In this document: piece by piece, positions 1-10,477 of the stretch
Position numbering within the stretch: position 1 is the first letter of the stretch
How the letters are laid out: each line of letters begins with the position of its first letter
From: Candidatus Izemoplasmatales bacterium
GTDB taxonomy: Bacteria > Bacillota_I > Bacilli_A > Izemoplasmatales > Hujiaoplasmataceae
DNA: 64,000 bases
NCBI GenBank assembly: GCA_050177605.1
Contig: JBFXGX010000004.1
Span: 1-64,000, forward strand
Direction of reading: 5' to 3'
Position numbers and translations under genes: made by a program
Notes under the pieces: generated by a model
Told to the model about the DNA's origin: nothing
What the model saw: only the letters and a program-made list of their open reading frames with translations
Databases searched by the model: none

Positions 1-297
1 ATTACAATTGGTATCATGATTGGCAAGAATTAATTCAGTGATTGTTTTTCTTGCGTTAAGGACACGAGGAGAGTTTGTCTTGATTGACATCCCTTCGCTA
101 ACGCGTGTTGAACAACTTGTGACTAATCCTTTTTTTCCTTCAATTTCAACGACGCATACGCGACATTCGGAATTGATATGTAAATCTGGATAATTACATA
201 GTGTTGGTATTTTGATATTATGTTTTTTAGCGGCGTCTAAAATGGTTGTCCCATTTTCGACTTCGATTGGAATATTATTGATTTTTAGATTTATCAT
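1..297 (-). CDS. N-terminal part (2Fe-2S domain) of an NADH-dependent [FeFe]-hydrogenase or NuoG/FdhA-like alpha subunit; truncated by window edge
   Basis: Manual translation from ATG at 297 (SD AGGAGG upstream): MINLKINNIPIEVENGTTILDAAKKHNIKIPTLC...SECRVCVVE...LVTSCS..., the typical N-terminal 2Fe-2S motif; follows nuoE/nuoF-like genes. Confidence 0.8.
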   Translation of the reverse strand, partial: MINLKINNIPIEVENGTTILDAAKKHNIKIPTLCNYPDLHINSECRVCVVEIEGKKGLVTSCSTRVSEGMSIKTNSPRVLNARKTITELILANHDTNCN

Positions 298-307
298 AAA
301 GGGCCTC

Positions 308-1567
308 CTACTGTTCTTTGGAATGGTCAAGTCTGTCTAGGAAATCATCTCTAAAATAACGAAGTGCAGAAATGATTGCGGTAGGAGAAGTTTGACCTAA
401 TCCACATAGTGATGTTTGATGCATAACTCGCGCTAAAGACTCTAATGAATCTAGGTCTTTAATCGTTGCCTCTTTTTTGATAAACTTACGGATTAATAGT
501 TCAAGTTGTAAATGGCCTTCTCGACAAGGAACGCATTTACCACAGGACTCATGACTGAAGAAATGAATTGTTTTTAACAAGATATCAAATAAGTCAAAAC
601 GGTCATCGATTACGATAATCGCTCCACTTCCTGTCTTGGATTCAAATTCTTCGAATCGTTCATAGTCGATAATCATATCGAGCATATATTCAGGAATGAT
701 TGGACCGCAGGCACCACCAAGTTGGACCATCTTGATTTTTCGATTATTTTTAATGCCCCCACCAAAATCAGTAATGACATCTCGGATAGGTACGCCAAAT
801 GGAATTTCAACAAGACCAGGATGATTAACATTACCTGATAAACAAATCAGTTTCGTTCCAGTAGAAGAAGGTGTACCGATTTTACTGTATTCTTTTCCAC
901 CGATATCAATAATCACTGGTAGATTGGCAAATGTTTCAACATTGTTGATAACCGTTGGTTGACGGTAGACTCCCTGTTCAGTTGGGAATGGAGGTTTTAC
1001 TCTAGTACGGCCAGGTTTTCCTTCAATCGATTCGATTAAAGCAAATTCTTCACCACATACATAAGAACCAGCACCACTTCTTACAGTGATATCAAAATCA
1101 AAGTTTTCACCAAGGATTTTATTTCCTAGTAAATTATTCTCTTTTGCGGTTTTGATGCATTCCTTCATCTTTAGGATGGCTTCTTTGTACTCTCCACGAA
1201 TATAAATAAAACCAAGACTAGCGCCAGTGGCATAAGCCATAATTGTCATCCCTTCGATGACAGAGAATGGATCTTGTTCTAAAATGTTTCGATCTTTAAA
1301 GTTCCCTGGTTCACCTTCATCCGCATTACAAACGATGTATTTAGGAATATTGGTTTCTTTGGCGAGTCCCATCATTTTTATATGGGTTGGGAAACCTGCA
1401 CCACCACGACCTCTGAGTTTTGAATATTGGACTTCTTCAATAATTTTGATTCGATCCATTTTTAATGCTTTTTTAAGTGAAGCATACCCAGTAAAGTTCA
1501 TATAGTCCGAAATGGACGTAGGGTTTATTCGACCAAATCGTTTTGAAATGACTCTCATCTCTTTCAT
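308..1567 (-). CDS. nuoF: NADH-binding flavoprotein subunit (NuoF/HydB-like)
   Basis: LRGRGGAGFP, CNADEGEPG, GAGSYVCGEE and ESCGKCVPCREG...SLCGLG (4Fe-4S) motifs. Confidence 0.92.
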   Translation of the reverse strand: MKEMRVISKRFGRINPTSISDYMNFTGYASLKKALKMDRIKIIEEVQYSKLRGRGGAGFPTHIKMMGLAKETNIPKYIVCNADEGEPGNFKDRNILEQDPFSVIEGMTIMAYATGASLGFIYIRGEYKEAILKMKECIKTAKENNLLGNKILGENFDFDITVRSGAGSYVCGEEFALIESIEGKPGRTRVKPPFPTEQGVYRQPTVINNVETFANLPVIIDIGGKEYSKIGTPSSTGTKLICLSGNVNHPGLVEIPFGVPIRDVITDFGGGIKNNRKIKMVQLGGACGPIIPEYMLDMIIDYERFEEFESKTGSGAIIVIDDRFDLFDILLKTIHFFSHESCGKCVPCREGHLQLELLIRKFIKKEATIKDLDSLESLARVMHQTSLCGLGQTSPTAIISALRYFRDDFLDRLDHSKEQ

Positions 1568-2025
1568 TGCAAGTACACCCGGTACTCAGCGAGTATCGCC
1601 TTGATTTTATCTTCGGTTAAGTTGGTATAAACCTTATCATCAATTCTCATTGCTGGAGCCTGATCACAAAGGCCTAAACAGCTTGTGTATTCCAAACTAA
1701 ATTGATGATTATCACTTGTTTCACCGACAGAAACTCCAAGTTCCTTTTCGAGGAATTTTGCTATACTAAAATCGGTACTAACATGACATGGTACACCACC
1801 GCATACTTGAATGATATGGTGACCTTTTTGTTCTACACGGAAGAATGTATAAAACGAAATAACGGAGCAGACTTTAGCTTCGCTGATGTTTAAATAAGAT
1901 GCGATTTGTTTCACTTCTTCCTCCGCGATAAAATGGTTGTTTTTCGCATCTTGAAATTCAAGAAGAATCTCTAATAGATAAGTTTCTTCTTTTGGATACT
2001 TTTCAAGTATCTTGTCTAATAACAT
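1564..2025 (-). CDS. nuoE: Thioredoxin-like 2Fe-2S subunit (NuoE/HydC-like)
   Basis: SFYTFF, CGGVPC and CLGLCDQAP motifs; 4-nt overlap with nuoF. Confidence 0.9.
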   Translation of the reverse strand: MLLDKILEKYPKEETYLLEILLEFQDAKNNHFIAEEEVKQIASYLNISEAKVCSVISFYTFFRVEQKGHHIIQVCGGVPCHVSTDFSIAKFLEKELGVSVGETSDNHQFSLEYTSCLGLCDQAPAMRIDDKVYTNLTEDKIKAILAEYRVYLQ

Positions 2026-2364
2026 ATGTTACCCTCCTTAAGTAAAATAAAATGAACTTAAGGATGTTACCCAAGTAGTTAGTAGATTATGTAATTCGTC
2101 GTTGAATTCGTGTATGTCAGTCTTATGGGTTAGCACCTAAGCTCATCATCGAATTCGGCAAAAAGCTATCACCGATAGAAAAGAAAATTTGTAGCTTTTT
2201 AATCTCGTAAAACTTAACCTCCAATCGATATAAATTTATCTATAAATTCATTATAAAAAAGAACAAGGTGTATGTCAATGGTAACTCCGTTATTTTTCTT
2301 TGAATCTTGTAAAAAAGTCAGTTTTTTGATACAATATTGTAGGAAAATATAGAGGTGAATATTT

Positions 2365-3468
2365 ATGGGATTAACTGCAGGAATTGTTGGACTTCCAAAT
2401 GTTGGAAAGTCCACCTTATTTAATGCAATTACAAAATCAAAAGCTTTAGCAGCGAACTATCCATTCGCAACAATCGATCCGAATGTTGGTGTGGTCGAGG
2501 TTCCTGATGAAAGAATCGAACAATTGGTTAAGATGTATCAACCAAAAAAGACGATATATACAACGTTTGAATTTACCGATGTTGCGGGATTAGTACGTGG
2601 CGCAAGTCAAGGTGAAGGACTTGGAAATCAGTTTTTAAGTCACATTCGTTCAGTCGATGCTATTTGTCAAGTAGTTCGATGTTTTGAAGATGACAATGTC
2701 ATTCATGTGGAAGGAAGTGTTGACCCACTTCGTGATATTGAAACAATTAAAATTGAACTTATTTTAGCGGATATTGATGTCATCGAAAAACGTCTTCCAA
2801 AAATTAAGAAAAGAGCTGAAACAAAAGCAGATAAAGAAGCAGTAGAAGAATTTGCTGTTCTTTCAAAACTCAATGATGCATTGATGAATAGTACGCCAAT
2901 TCGTGCACTTTCTCTTGATGAAGAAGAACAAAAAATTATCAAAAACTTTTCGTTTTTAACTGCCAAACCAATGCTTTATGTTTGTAATGTTTCAGATGAT
3001 GAACTTGCGGATTATTCCAGCAACGAGTTTGTAAAAAAAGTGAAGGAATTAGCGGTTTCAGAAAACTCAAGAACTTGTGTGATAAGTGCTAAAATCGAAC
3101 AAGAACTTAGCGAACTGGATGATGAAGAACGCGATATGTTTTTATCTGAACTGGGTGTTGAAGAGTCTGGACTTGTTGATTTAATCAAGCAAAGTTATGA
3201 TATGCTAGGTCTTCAAACATTTTTCACAGCGGGAGAAAAAGAAGTCCGCGCTTGGACATTTAAAAAAGGATCCAAAGCACCTGAATGTGCAGGGATCATC
3301 CATTCTGATTTCGAAAAAGGATTTATCCGCGCTGAAACGATTTTCTTTGATGATTTAATCATGGCTGGTTCCGAAGCGAAAGCGAAAGAACTAGGCAAAT
3401 TTCGTTTAGAAGGAAAAGACTATATTGCTAAAGATGGAGATGTCTTCCACTTTAGATTTAATTTGTAG
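2365..3468 (+). CDS. ychF: Redox-regulated ATPase YchF
   Basis: GIVGLPNVGKSTLFNA, NYPFATIDPN, DVAGLVRGASQGEGLGNQFL, C-terminal TGS domain ending FRFN. Confidence 0.97.
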   Translation: MGLTAGIVGLPNVGKSTLFNAITKSKALAANYPFATIDPNVGVVEVPDERIEQLVKMYQPKKTIYTTFEFTDVAGLVRGASQGEGLGNQFLSHIRSVDAICQVVRCFEDDNVIHVEGSVDPLRDIETIKIELILADIDVIEKRLPKIKKRAETKADKEAVEEFAVLSKLNDALMNSTPIRALSLDEEEQKIIKNFSFLTAKPMLYVCNVSDDELADYSSNEFVKKVKELAVSENSRTCVISAKIEQELSELDDEERDMFLSELGVEESGLVDLIKQSYDMLGLQTFFTAGEKEVRAWTFKKGSKAPECAGIIHSDFEKGFIRAETIFFDDLIMAGSEAKAKELGKFRLEGKDYIAKDGDVFHFRFNL

Positions 3469-3475
3469 GTGAATT

Positions 3476-3943
3476 ATGAACCCTGAAATGCTTATTGAAG
3501 AACTTAAAAATAGAAAGTTAACCATATCTTCAGCAGAATCTATGACTGGCGGACGGATTGCCTCACTTATTACATCTGTCGCTGGATCCTCTGCTGTATT
3601 TGAACAAGGGTTCATTACGTATTCAAACGAATCAAAAGTAAAACTTCTCTCTGTCAAAAAAGAAACGATTGATCAATTCAGTGTGATTTCTCAAGAAGTT
3701 GCTTTAGAGATGGTTGAAGGGTTAATCAAGAAAACCAAATGTGATATTGGTATTAGTATAACTGGCCTTGCTGGCCCAAGCAGTGATGAAATTGGACACG
3801 AAGTAGGTCTTTGTTTTATCGGGGTTGGTTATCTTGGAAATTATGAAGTATTTTCGAAAGTTCTTAAAGGTCACAGAAACGAAATACAAGATGAGGCAGC
3901 CCATGCAGCGATTGCCTTAGCTTATCATATGATTACAAGGTAA
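3476..3943 (+). CDS. CinA C-terminal family / NMN amidohydrolase (PncC-like)
   Basis: AESMTGG, GSSAVF, TYSNESK, SITGLAGP motifs. Confidence 0.9.
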   Translation: MNPEMLIEELKNRKLTISSAESMTGGRIASLITSVAGSSAVFEQGFITYSNESKVKLLSVKKETIDQFSVISQEVALEMVEGLIKKTKCDIGISITGLAGPSSDEIGHEVGLCFIGVGYLGNYEVFSKVLKGHRNEIQDEAAHAAIALAYHMITR

Positions 3944-4026
3944 AGATGAACTTTAAACTAATCAATCTAAATTGATTTGTGCTTTTTTGGCAAGGATCCT
4001 TCTTGCCTATTTTTTTAACAGTAGAA

Positions 4027-5268
4027 ATGGAAAAAACTATGGAAAAACTTTGGAATAAAAACTTTAGTATCGTCACCATCGGCTCTTTTATCTCAGCACT
4101 CGGAAGTAGTGTTGCCGGGGTTGCGATTGGAATACTTATTTATCTAGAAACAGAGTCTCCTTTGCTTTTAGGACTCTTTATGATTGCGAACATTATCCCA
4201 CGATTTATCGCAAGTTTTTTAGTCGGTCCTTACGTTGACCGTCATTCAAGAATCAAGATGATTTATACCTTTGATTTCTTTTATACTTTTGCATTTGCAC
4301 TGATTGGAATCATTTTATACAGTGGGTATTTTAATGTATGGGTCTTTATGCTTATTAGTGGTTTTTTTGGGATTATTGATACCACTTATCAAACCGCTTT
4401 TATGTCATTATTTCCTGAGGTTGTGCCAAAGGGAATGCACACTAAAGCGTACTCGATTTCATCACTTATATGGCCAATTTCAGCCGCACTAATGGCTCCA
4501 GTCGCAACTTTCTTTATTTATCATGTTGATCAAGGGATTCCGATTTTAATGGGATTTAATGCGATTACTTTTTTCATCACTGCGCTGATGGAAACTAAGA
4601 TTAAGACGCAGGAAGAACTGAACACAACAGAAGTAGAAAAAAATCAATTTATTCATGATATGAAAGAAGGAATTGCATACTACAAACAAGAAAAAGGGAT
4701 CTTAGGGATCGGCTTACTATTTATGACTTTTTCGTTTGTATACGCTGTAAGTGATTTACTGCGTATGCCGTTCTTCGAACAAAGTACGATTTATAATCTG
4801 GATCATTATGCTTATTTGATTAGCATCGGTTCATTAGGACGGATTGTCGGCGGATTCATACATTACCGTTATAAACTGAATCCAAAACATAAATTTACGA
4901 TTGCATTAACGGTTTACTTCATTGTGGAACTTTTCGACGCATTTATGTTATTTACACCTTTTGTGGTGATGGCCGTGATGACTTTCTTGGTGGGTCTATT
5001 CTCAGTAACTTCGTTTAATATTCGAATGAGTGCCACCCAAACTTATATCCCTTCCGCAAAAAGAGGAAGAGTCAACAGTGTCCAAAATGTACTATGGAAT
5101 ATTGGGGCAATTGTCGGTATTTTATTGTTTGCGTTTATCGCAGAATACACTTCGATTGGTTATGAGTATTTGATTCTTAGTAGTGCAATTGTTTCCTTGA
5201 GTGCGATTTTTTTGTTCCCAGTAAGATGGAAGGAAGAATTCAAAAAAATATACAATGTTGATGTATAA
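4027..5268 (+). CDS. MFS transporter (macrolide-efflux-like family)
   Basis: ~12 hydrophobic segments, GPYVDRHSRIK MFS motif A; start at ATG 4027 or 4039 rather than 3979. Confidence 0.85.
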   Translation: MEKTMEKLWNKNFSIVTIGSFISALGSSVAGVAIGILIYLETESPLLLGLFMIANIIPRFIASFLVGPYVDRHSRIKMIYTFDFFYTFAFALIGIILYSGYFNVWVFMLISGFFGIIDTTYQTAFMSLFPEVVPKGMHTKAYSISSLIWPISAALMAPVATFFIYHVDQGIPILMGFNAITFFITALMETKIKTQEELNTTEVEKNQFIHDMKEGIAYYKQEKGILGIGLLFMTFSFVYAVSDLLRMPFFEQSTIYNLDHYAYLISIGSLGRIVGGFIHYRYKLNPKHKFTIALTVYFIVELFDAFMLFTPFVVMAVMTFLVGLFSVTSFNIRMSATQTYIPSAKRGRVNSVQNVLWNIGAIVGILLFAFIAEYTSIGYEYLILSSAIVSLSAIFLFPVRWKEEFKKIYNVDV

Positions 5269-5331
5269 AAATAAAGAAATCAAACCCGTGCGGCGTATGA
5301 TGAAATATATTCTATTAAGAATGATATTTTC

Positions 5332-5360
5332 TAGACAAACCATGCGAGTTATGATATAAT
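5332..5360 (+). promoter_or_regulatory. Sigma-A promoter of the rpsF operon
   Basis: TAGACA-17 nt-TATAAT with TG extended -10. Confidence 0.65.
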
Positions 5361-5377
5361 AACCAAGCGTGAGAAAT

Positions 5378-5421
5378 CTCACCTACTTGCTGCTAAGCAG
5401 CCACAAGACCATAAGGAGGAA
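5378..5421 (+). promoter_or_regulatory. Probable S6:S18 ribosomal-protein leader (autoregulatory RNA)
   Basis: CCT-a-CTTG...CAAG-ACCATA-AGGAGG: stem with a CC-containing internal loop that pairs into the rpsF SD, at the expected position. Confidence 0.55.
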
Positions 5422-5426
5422 AAACA

Positions 5427-5717
5427 ATGAGAAAGTATGAAATTATGTACATCATTCGTCCTACACTTGATCAAGAAGCGAGAAAAGCTTTAATCGAAGA
5501 ATTAAATCTTATTCTTACATCTCGCGGAACTGAATCTGTGTCAGTTAACGAATGGGGCACAAGAGACTTAGCTTACGAAATCAATGATTTCAAAAAAGGT
5601 TACTATGTTGTATTAACAGCTAACGCAACCTCTGAAGCGACTTTTGAGCTCGATCGTGTGATGAAAATCAAAGAAGACGTTATCCGTCATATCATCATTA
5701 ACAGAGAAGAAAAGTAA
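5427..5717 (+). CDS. rpsF: 30S ribosomal protein S6
   Basis: MRKYEIMYIIRP, WGTRDLAYEI. Confidence 0.97.
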   Translation: MRKYEIMYIIRPTLDQEARKALIEELNLILTSRGTESVSVNEWGTRDLAYEINDFKKGYYVVLTANATSEATFELDRVMKIKEDVIRHIIINREEK

Positions 5718-5737
5718 GAAGAAAGGGGATCTAGATT

Positions 5738-6202
5738 ATGTTAAATAAAGTTGTATTAATCGGTCGTTTAGTTCGCGATCCAGAACTCAGATACACCAAC
5801 AATTCGAACATCCCAGTTGTTACTTTTACGCTCGCAGTCAATCGTCCTTACACAAGCAACCAACAAACAAATGACCAAAACGGTAATAATAGCAACGCTG
5901 ATTTTATCAGCTGTACTGCATGGCGTAATCAAGCTGAAAACGTCAGTAAGTATATTACTAAAGGTTCCTTGGTAGCTGTCGATGGAAGGCTTCAAACGAG
6001 AGACTACATGGATGAAAAAAACAACGTAAGAAGATATGTTACTGAAGTTGTTTGTGATTCTGTTGTTTTCTTAGAAAGCAAATCACAAAGAGATTCAGGA
6101 AATGAACCTTACCAACCACGAACTAACGATCGTTATGAGCAAAGTCGTAATGACGAACCAAGTAAGAACATCAATATTATTGAAGATGACTTACCATTCT
6201 AA
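5738..6202 (+). CDS. ssb: Single-stranded DNA-binding protein
   Basis: MLNKVVLIGRLVRDPELRYT, C-terminal DDLPF. Confidence 0.97.
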   Translation: MLNKVVLIGRLVRDPELRYTNNSNIPVVTFTLAVNRPYTSNQQTNDQNGNNSNADFISCTAWRNQAENVSKYITKGSLVAVDGRLQTRDYMDEKNNVRRYVTEVVCDSVVFLESKSQRDSGNEPYQPRTNDRYEQSRNDEPSKNINIIEDDLPF

Positions 6203-6220
6203 ATAAGGAGGAAACGGGAA

Positions 6221-6481
6221 ATGTATAACAAACCACAAGGTGAAAGAAGAAGCAATAACGGCGGTCCACGTCGTAGAAATCGTAAAAGATGCTACTTCAC
6301 TGAAAATAAAGTTACTTACATCGATTTTAAGGATTTCGAACTTTTAAAGAAATTTATCTCTGAAAGAGGAAAAATTCTTCCAAGACGTGTAACAGGAACG
6401 AAAGCTTATTATCAAAAACATTTAGCTGTTGCGATTAAGAGAGCACGTTTCATGGCTTTATTACCATTCGTAAAAGACTAG
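6221..6481 (+). CDS. rpsR: 30S ribosomal protein S18
   Basis: [30 protein letters not shown]. Confidence 0.97.
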   Translation: MYNKPQGERRSNNGGPRRRNRKRCYFTENKVTYIDFKDFELLKKFISERGKILPRRVTGTKAYYQKHLAVAIKRARFMALLPFVKD

Positions 6482-6491
6482 TAAATTTCAG

Positions 6492-6516
6492 AAAGACTCG
6501 CGAGAGTCTTTTTTTT
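6492..6516 (+). terminator. Intrinsic terminator after rpsR
   Basis: AAAGACTC-GCGA-GAGTCTTT followed by T-run. Confidence 0.85.
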
Positions 6517-6597
6517 CGCCAAATCTTAGTCATTTATTTTATATTAATATTATGATATAATATTCTTGATTTTCAATTTTGCGTAAGGAGTGAAAAG

Positions 6598-9039
6598 ATG
6601 AAAGTTAAAAATTACTTATTCGAAGTCCTATCTTTAATCATCTTTTTGATTCTTGGTGTAATTGCGTTTATACTAAGAAACGATTTTTCATCTACGCTTG
6701 CTTTGGTCTTTTTTTATGTATCGATTGCCTTGCTCCCAATTTTTACAATCACGCACTTTTTCCTAGGAAAGACAGGGAAAACGAGAATCCATAATCTAGA
6801 AGAAAAAATCAAAGAAATGAATCAACTGAATAAAAGGTTAAAAAACTCTGAAGATATTGCTTTAAACTATTTGCCAGTTGGTATGGTCATTTATGATGAT
6901 ACTTTTACGATTTCATGGGCAAACGCTTCTGCGAAAGAATACTTTCAAAATGTACTTACGGGCAGAAAACTCAGTGTTGTACATGATGAACTATCGAAGC
7001 TTGTCGAAAAAAGAGAAGGGAAATCGATTGTATCGATTTATGACCATGAATATGAAATGGTCCACTATCCTAAAAACAAGTGTGTGTATCTGTTCGAAGT
7101 GACTGACCGTGAAGAAACGAAAAAGAAGTTACGAGACCTGACTTATACCATCGGTGTAATGTCACTTGATAATTTTTCTGAAGCGACTCAAAATCTTGAT
7201 TTTCAAGAGAAAACAACGATTCAAGGAAAGTATCTGAGTGCGCTCGATAATTGGTGTAAAGCAAACCATATTTACTTTGTGAACTTGCGTCCAGAAAAAT
7301 CAGTGTTATTCCTTTCAAGACTTCAGCTTGATGCCTTGATGAAAGAAGAATTTAGCATTTTAGAAGAAGTAAATCGCTTATCCAATCAAAATGAAATACG
7401 TGTGACATTGTCGATTGGTATTGCTTCAGGAGACAGCGAAATCGATGACCTTGGGGAACAAGCCGAAGAAGCCTTAAAACTTGCTTTAGGTCGAGGCGGA
7501 GACCAAGTCGTTGTAAATATTCAAAATCAACCATTAAGATATTTTGGTGGGAAATCAAATACCGTTGAAAAAAGAACGAAAATTACAGCTCGAATTAACT
7601 CAAGAGCTCTTGCGGAGCTCCTTGGTAAACACGAACGCATATTCATTATGCCACATAAAATGACTGATATTGATGCACTCGGTGGAAGTGTTGGTCTTTT
7701 ACAAATGGCCCTTTCAGAAAATAAAGATGCGAAGATTGTATTAGATTTTGAAAAGATTGACCAAACATGTACGAAAGTTGTGAATATGTTAAATCGTGAG
7801 TATGTCAAACTTCTTGAATACTTTATCGATCCGGACGATGCAATCGATGAGGTCAATAGTGATTCACTATTAATCATCATTGATCATCATGCCGCCTCAC
7901 AAACAATCGCTCCAAAACTACTTGATAAAACAAAACATGTTGTCGTGATTGACCATCATCGACGTATTGATAATGCACTCACAGATGTGCTATTAAACTA
8001 TGTAGAGCCCTATGCATCCAGTTCTGTGGAACTCGTCATTGAACTTGTGGAACTTTATCATAAAGAAGTTGCGATTGATCCGTTCGAAGCGACGATGATG
8101 CTTGCGGGAATGATGATAGACACGAATAACTTTACATACCGTACCGGTGTTCGTACTTTTGAAGCCGCAGCCTTGTTAAAACAATATGGGGCAGACCCAT
8201 TTAAAGCAAGACTGATTTTGAGAGAGTCTTTAGATGACATTAAAACAAAATCGAATCTTGTAAATCAAGCAGAGATTGTTTTGCAACATTTTGCGATTAC
8301 TGCACTTCGTGAAGATAGTCAAACTGACCGCGTATCGCTTGCTAAAACAGCAGATGAACTTTTAGAAATCGACAATATCATTGCCTCATTTGCGCTGGGA
8401 AGAATTGATGAATCGACAATCGCTATTAGCGCAAGAAGTATTGATAAATTCAATGTGAGTATCATTATGGAACAATTTGGTGGTGGTGGACATTTAAACA
8501 ATTCTGCTGCACAAGTTGAGAAACAATCGATGGAATCACTCGTTAAAAAAATAAAAGATATTTTAGAAACAACATATAAGGAGGAATCAACGATGCAAGT
8601 CATCTTAGTGAAAGATGTCAAAGGCAAAGGTAAAAAAGGTGAAATTATTGATGTTGCTAGTGGATTTGGTAATTTCTTATTATCAAGTAAACAAGCAATC
8701 GAAGCAAGTAACCAAAACTTAAAGGCCTTAAGTGACGAAAAAGCAAAAGCTGATAAAGAAGCACTTCTTGAATTAGAACAAGCCAAGAAGGTGAAAGATG
8801 AGTTAGAAAATGCACCGATTAAACTCTATGTGAAGATTGGTGAAACTGGAAAATTATTTGGCGCAATCAATTCAAAACAAATTGCAGAAGAGTTAAAAGT
8901 ACAGTATAATATTGAGATAGATAAACGTAAAATTGTTTTAGAAGATAACATCCATTCCTTAGGTAGCTACAAAGTAGCAATCAAACTACACAAGGATGTT
9001 ACAGGGTATATTAATTTACAAGTTCTAGAAGAAAAATAA
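6598..9039 (+). CDS. gdpP: c-di-AMP phosphodiesterase GdpP (2TM-PAS-degenerate GGDEF-DHH/DHHA1) fused in frame to ribosomal protein L9
   Basis: [30 protein letters not shown] motifs, continuing without a stop into [16 protein letters not shown] (L9). Confidence 0.88.
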   Translation: MKVKNYLFEVLSLIIFLILGVIAFILRNDFSSTLALVFFYVSIALLPIFTITHFFLGKTGKTRIHNLEEKIKEMNQLNKRLKNSEDIALNYLPVGMVIYDDTFTISWANASAKEYFQNVLTGRKLSVVHDELSKLVEKREGKSIVSIYDHEYEMVHYPKNKCVYLFEVTDREETKKKLRDLTYTIGVMSLDNFSEATQNLDFQEKTTIQGKYLSALDNWCKANHIYFVNLRPEKSVLFLSRLQLDALMKEEFSILEEVNRLSNQNEIRVTLSIGIASGDSEIDDLGEQAEEALKLALGRGGDQVVVNIQNQPLRYFGGKSNTVEKRTKITARINSRALAELLGKHERIFIMPHKMTDIDALGGSVGLLQMALSENKDAKIVLDFEKIDQTCTKVVNMLNREYVKLLEYFIDPDDAIDEVNSDSLLIIIDHHAASQTIAPKLLDKTKHVVVIDHHRRIDNALTDVLLNYVEPYASSSVELVIELVELYHKEVAIDPFEATMMLAGMMIDTNNFTYRTGVRTFEAAALLKQYGADPFKARLILRESLDDIKTKSNLVNQAEIVLQHFAITALREDSQTDRVSLAKTADELLEIDNIIASFALGRIDESTIAISARSIDKFNVSIIMEQFGGGGHLNNSAAQVEKQSMESLVKKIKDILETTYKEESTMQVILVKDVKGKGKKGEIIDVASGFGNFLLSSKQAIEASNQNLKALSDEKAKADKEALLELEQAKKVKDELENAPIKLYVKIGETGKLFGAINSKQIAEELKVQYNIEIDKRKIVLEDNIHSLGSYKVAIKLHKDVTGYINLQVLEEK
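8593..9039 (+). CDS. rplI: 50S ribosomal protein L9 (internal start in the fused ORF)
   Basis: AAGGAGG SD at 8578-8584 and in-frame ATG at 8593; 148 aa with GKLFGAI, IDKRKI, LHKDV motifs. Confidence 0.9.
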   Translation: MQVILVKDVKGKGKKGEIIDVASGFGNFLLSSKQAIEASNQNLKALSDEKAKADKEALLELEQAKKVKDELENAPIKLYVKIGETGKLFGAINSKQIAEELKVQYNIEIDKRKIVLEDNIHSLGSYKVAIKLHKDVTGYINLQVLEEK

Positions 9040-9053
9040 GCCAGGAGGAAGTT

Positions 9054-10418
9054 ATGGAAAAGAAAGTCCCTCAAAATATTGAAGCCGAACAAGCTGTACT
9101 AGGTGCGGTTTTTTTCGATCCTTCAGTAATGAAAACCATCCAAGATAAGTTGGTGGAAGAAGACTTTTATTCTCCAAATCACCAAGTGATTTTTCGCGTG
9201 ATGAAATCCCTCTATCAAGATAATATTCCAATTGATTACCAAACGCTCACAGATCGACTAGAAAATCAAAATAATTTAATTAGAGCTGGTGGTGTCGAAT
9301 ACATCACAGGACTCATTGATGCTGTTCCTTCGACAGCGAATTTACTCAATTATATTTTTATCGTCAAAGATAAATCCATCGTTCGTAAATTCCAAGATGT
9401 CAGTCGTAAGTTAATTGAAGATTCCTATGAAATCGAAAGCACACCAGACTTCATCGATGATGTTGAACGTGAACTGATGGCAATTACCAAGGAAAGAAGA
9501 ACCACAGACTTTAAACAAGTCGGTGAGATTGCCGAACTACAAGTAGAAAAGATTGCCGAACAAGCACAAATTGGGGGAAACATTACTGGTCTAGATACCA
9601 AGTATCATGAACTCAATAAGTTTACCCTAGGGCTTCAACCTTCCGATCTATTAATTATTGCGGCTCGTCCTTCAATGGGAAAAACGGCATTTGCTTTAAA
9701 TTTAGCTTTAAATGTAGCGAAGAATGCAGATAAGCCACATGTTGCTTTCTTTAGTTTGGAAATGGGTGTTGACCAACTTGTTATGAGACTTTTAGCTTGC
9801 CAAGCGCAAGTCGATAGCTTTAGAATGAGACAAGGTGCACTTAATTCTAGTGAATGGGAAAAACTCCACTATGCAGTGGATGCATTAAGTGGATTAAATA
9901 TGTACTTTGATGATTCAGGTACAGTCAGTGTTTTAGATTTGCGTAGTAAATGTCGTAAATTAAAACAAGACGATAAACTCGATTTAATTGTGATTGATTA
10001 CTTACAACTTTTAAGTGGATCAAAACATAATCAAGCCAACCGTGTTCAAGAAGTTTCTGAAATTAGCCGTGTATTAAAAGAAACCGCGAGAGAATTAAAA
10101 GTGCCAGTGATTGCACTTTCTCAGTTATCTCGTTCGATTGAACAAAGAAAAGAAAAACAACCAGTGATGGCCGACCTTAGAGAGTCTGGATCGATTGAAC
10201 AGGATGCCGATATCATTATGTTCTTATATCGTGAAGACTATTATGAAGAAAATACGACAAAAAAGAATATCGTGGAAATTTCCATTGCGAAAAACCGTAG
10301 TGGTACCATTGGTAAATTTGAATTATTGTTTAATAAAAGTATGTCTACGTTCAGTAACGTCCACACATCCAGTGCGGGAGATGCGTTTGATCGCGACTCT
10401 TACAGCGCTGACAGCTAG
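9054..10418 (+). CDS. dnaB: Replicative DNA helicase
   Basis: PQNIEAEQAVLG, AARPSMGKT, IDYLQL, LRESGSIEQDAD. Confidence 0.97.
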   Translation: MEKKVPQNIEAEQAVLGAVFFDPSVMKTIQDKLVEEDFYSPNHQVIFRVMKSLYQDNIPIDYQTLTDRLENQNNLIRAGGVEYITGLIDAVPSTANLLNYIFIVKDKSIVRKFQDVSRKLIEDSYEIESTPDFIDDVERELMAITKERRTTDFKQVGEIAELQVEKIAEQAQIGGNITGLDTKYHELNKFTLGLQPSDLLIIAARPSMGKTAFALNLALNVAKNADKPHVAFFSLEMGVDQLVMRLLACQAQVDSFRMRQGALNSSEWEKLHYAVDALSGLNMYFDDSGTVSVLDLRSKCRKLKQDDKLDLIVIDYLQLLSGSKHNQANRVQEVSEISRVLKETARELKVPVIALSQLSRSIEQRKEKQPVMADLRESGSIEQDADIIMFLYREDYYEENTTKKNIVEISIAKNRSGTIGKFELLFNKSMSTFSNVHTSSAGDAFDRDSYSADS

Positions 10419-10477
10419 CAGTCGCAAGACTGTTTTTTGTTGGGTTTAAACGTGAAAGAATTTAGGAGGAAAAGAAA

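Noticed and set aside
2214..2414. 66-aa minus-strand ORF between nuoE and ychF
   Set aside because: Overlaps the ychF start and the divergent promoter region, with no SD or motif
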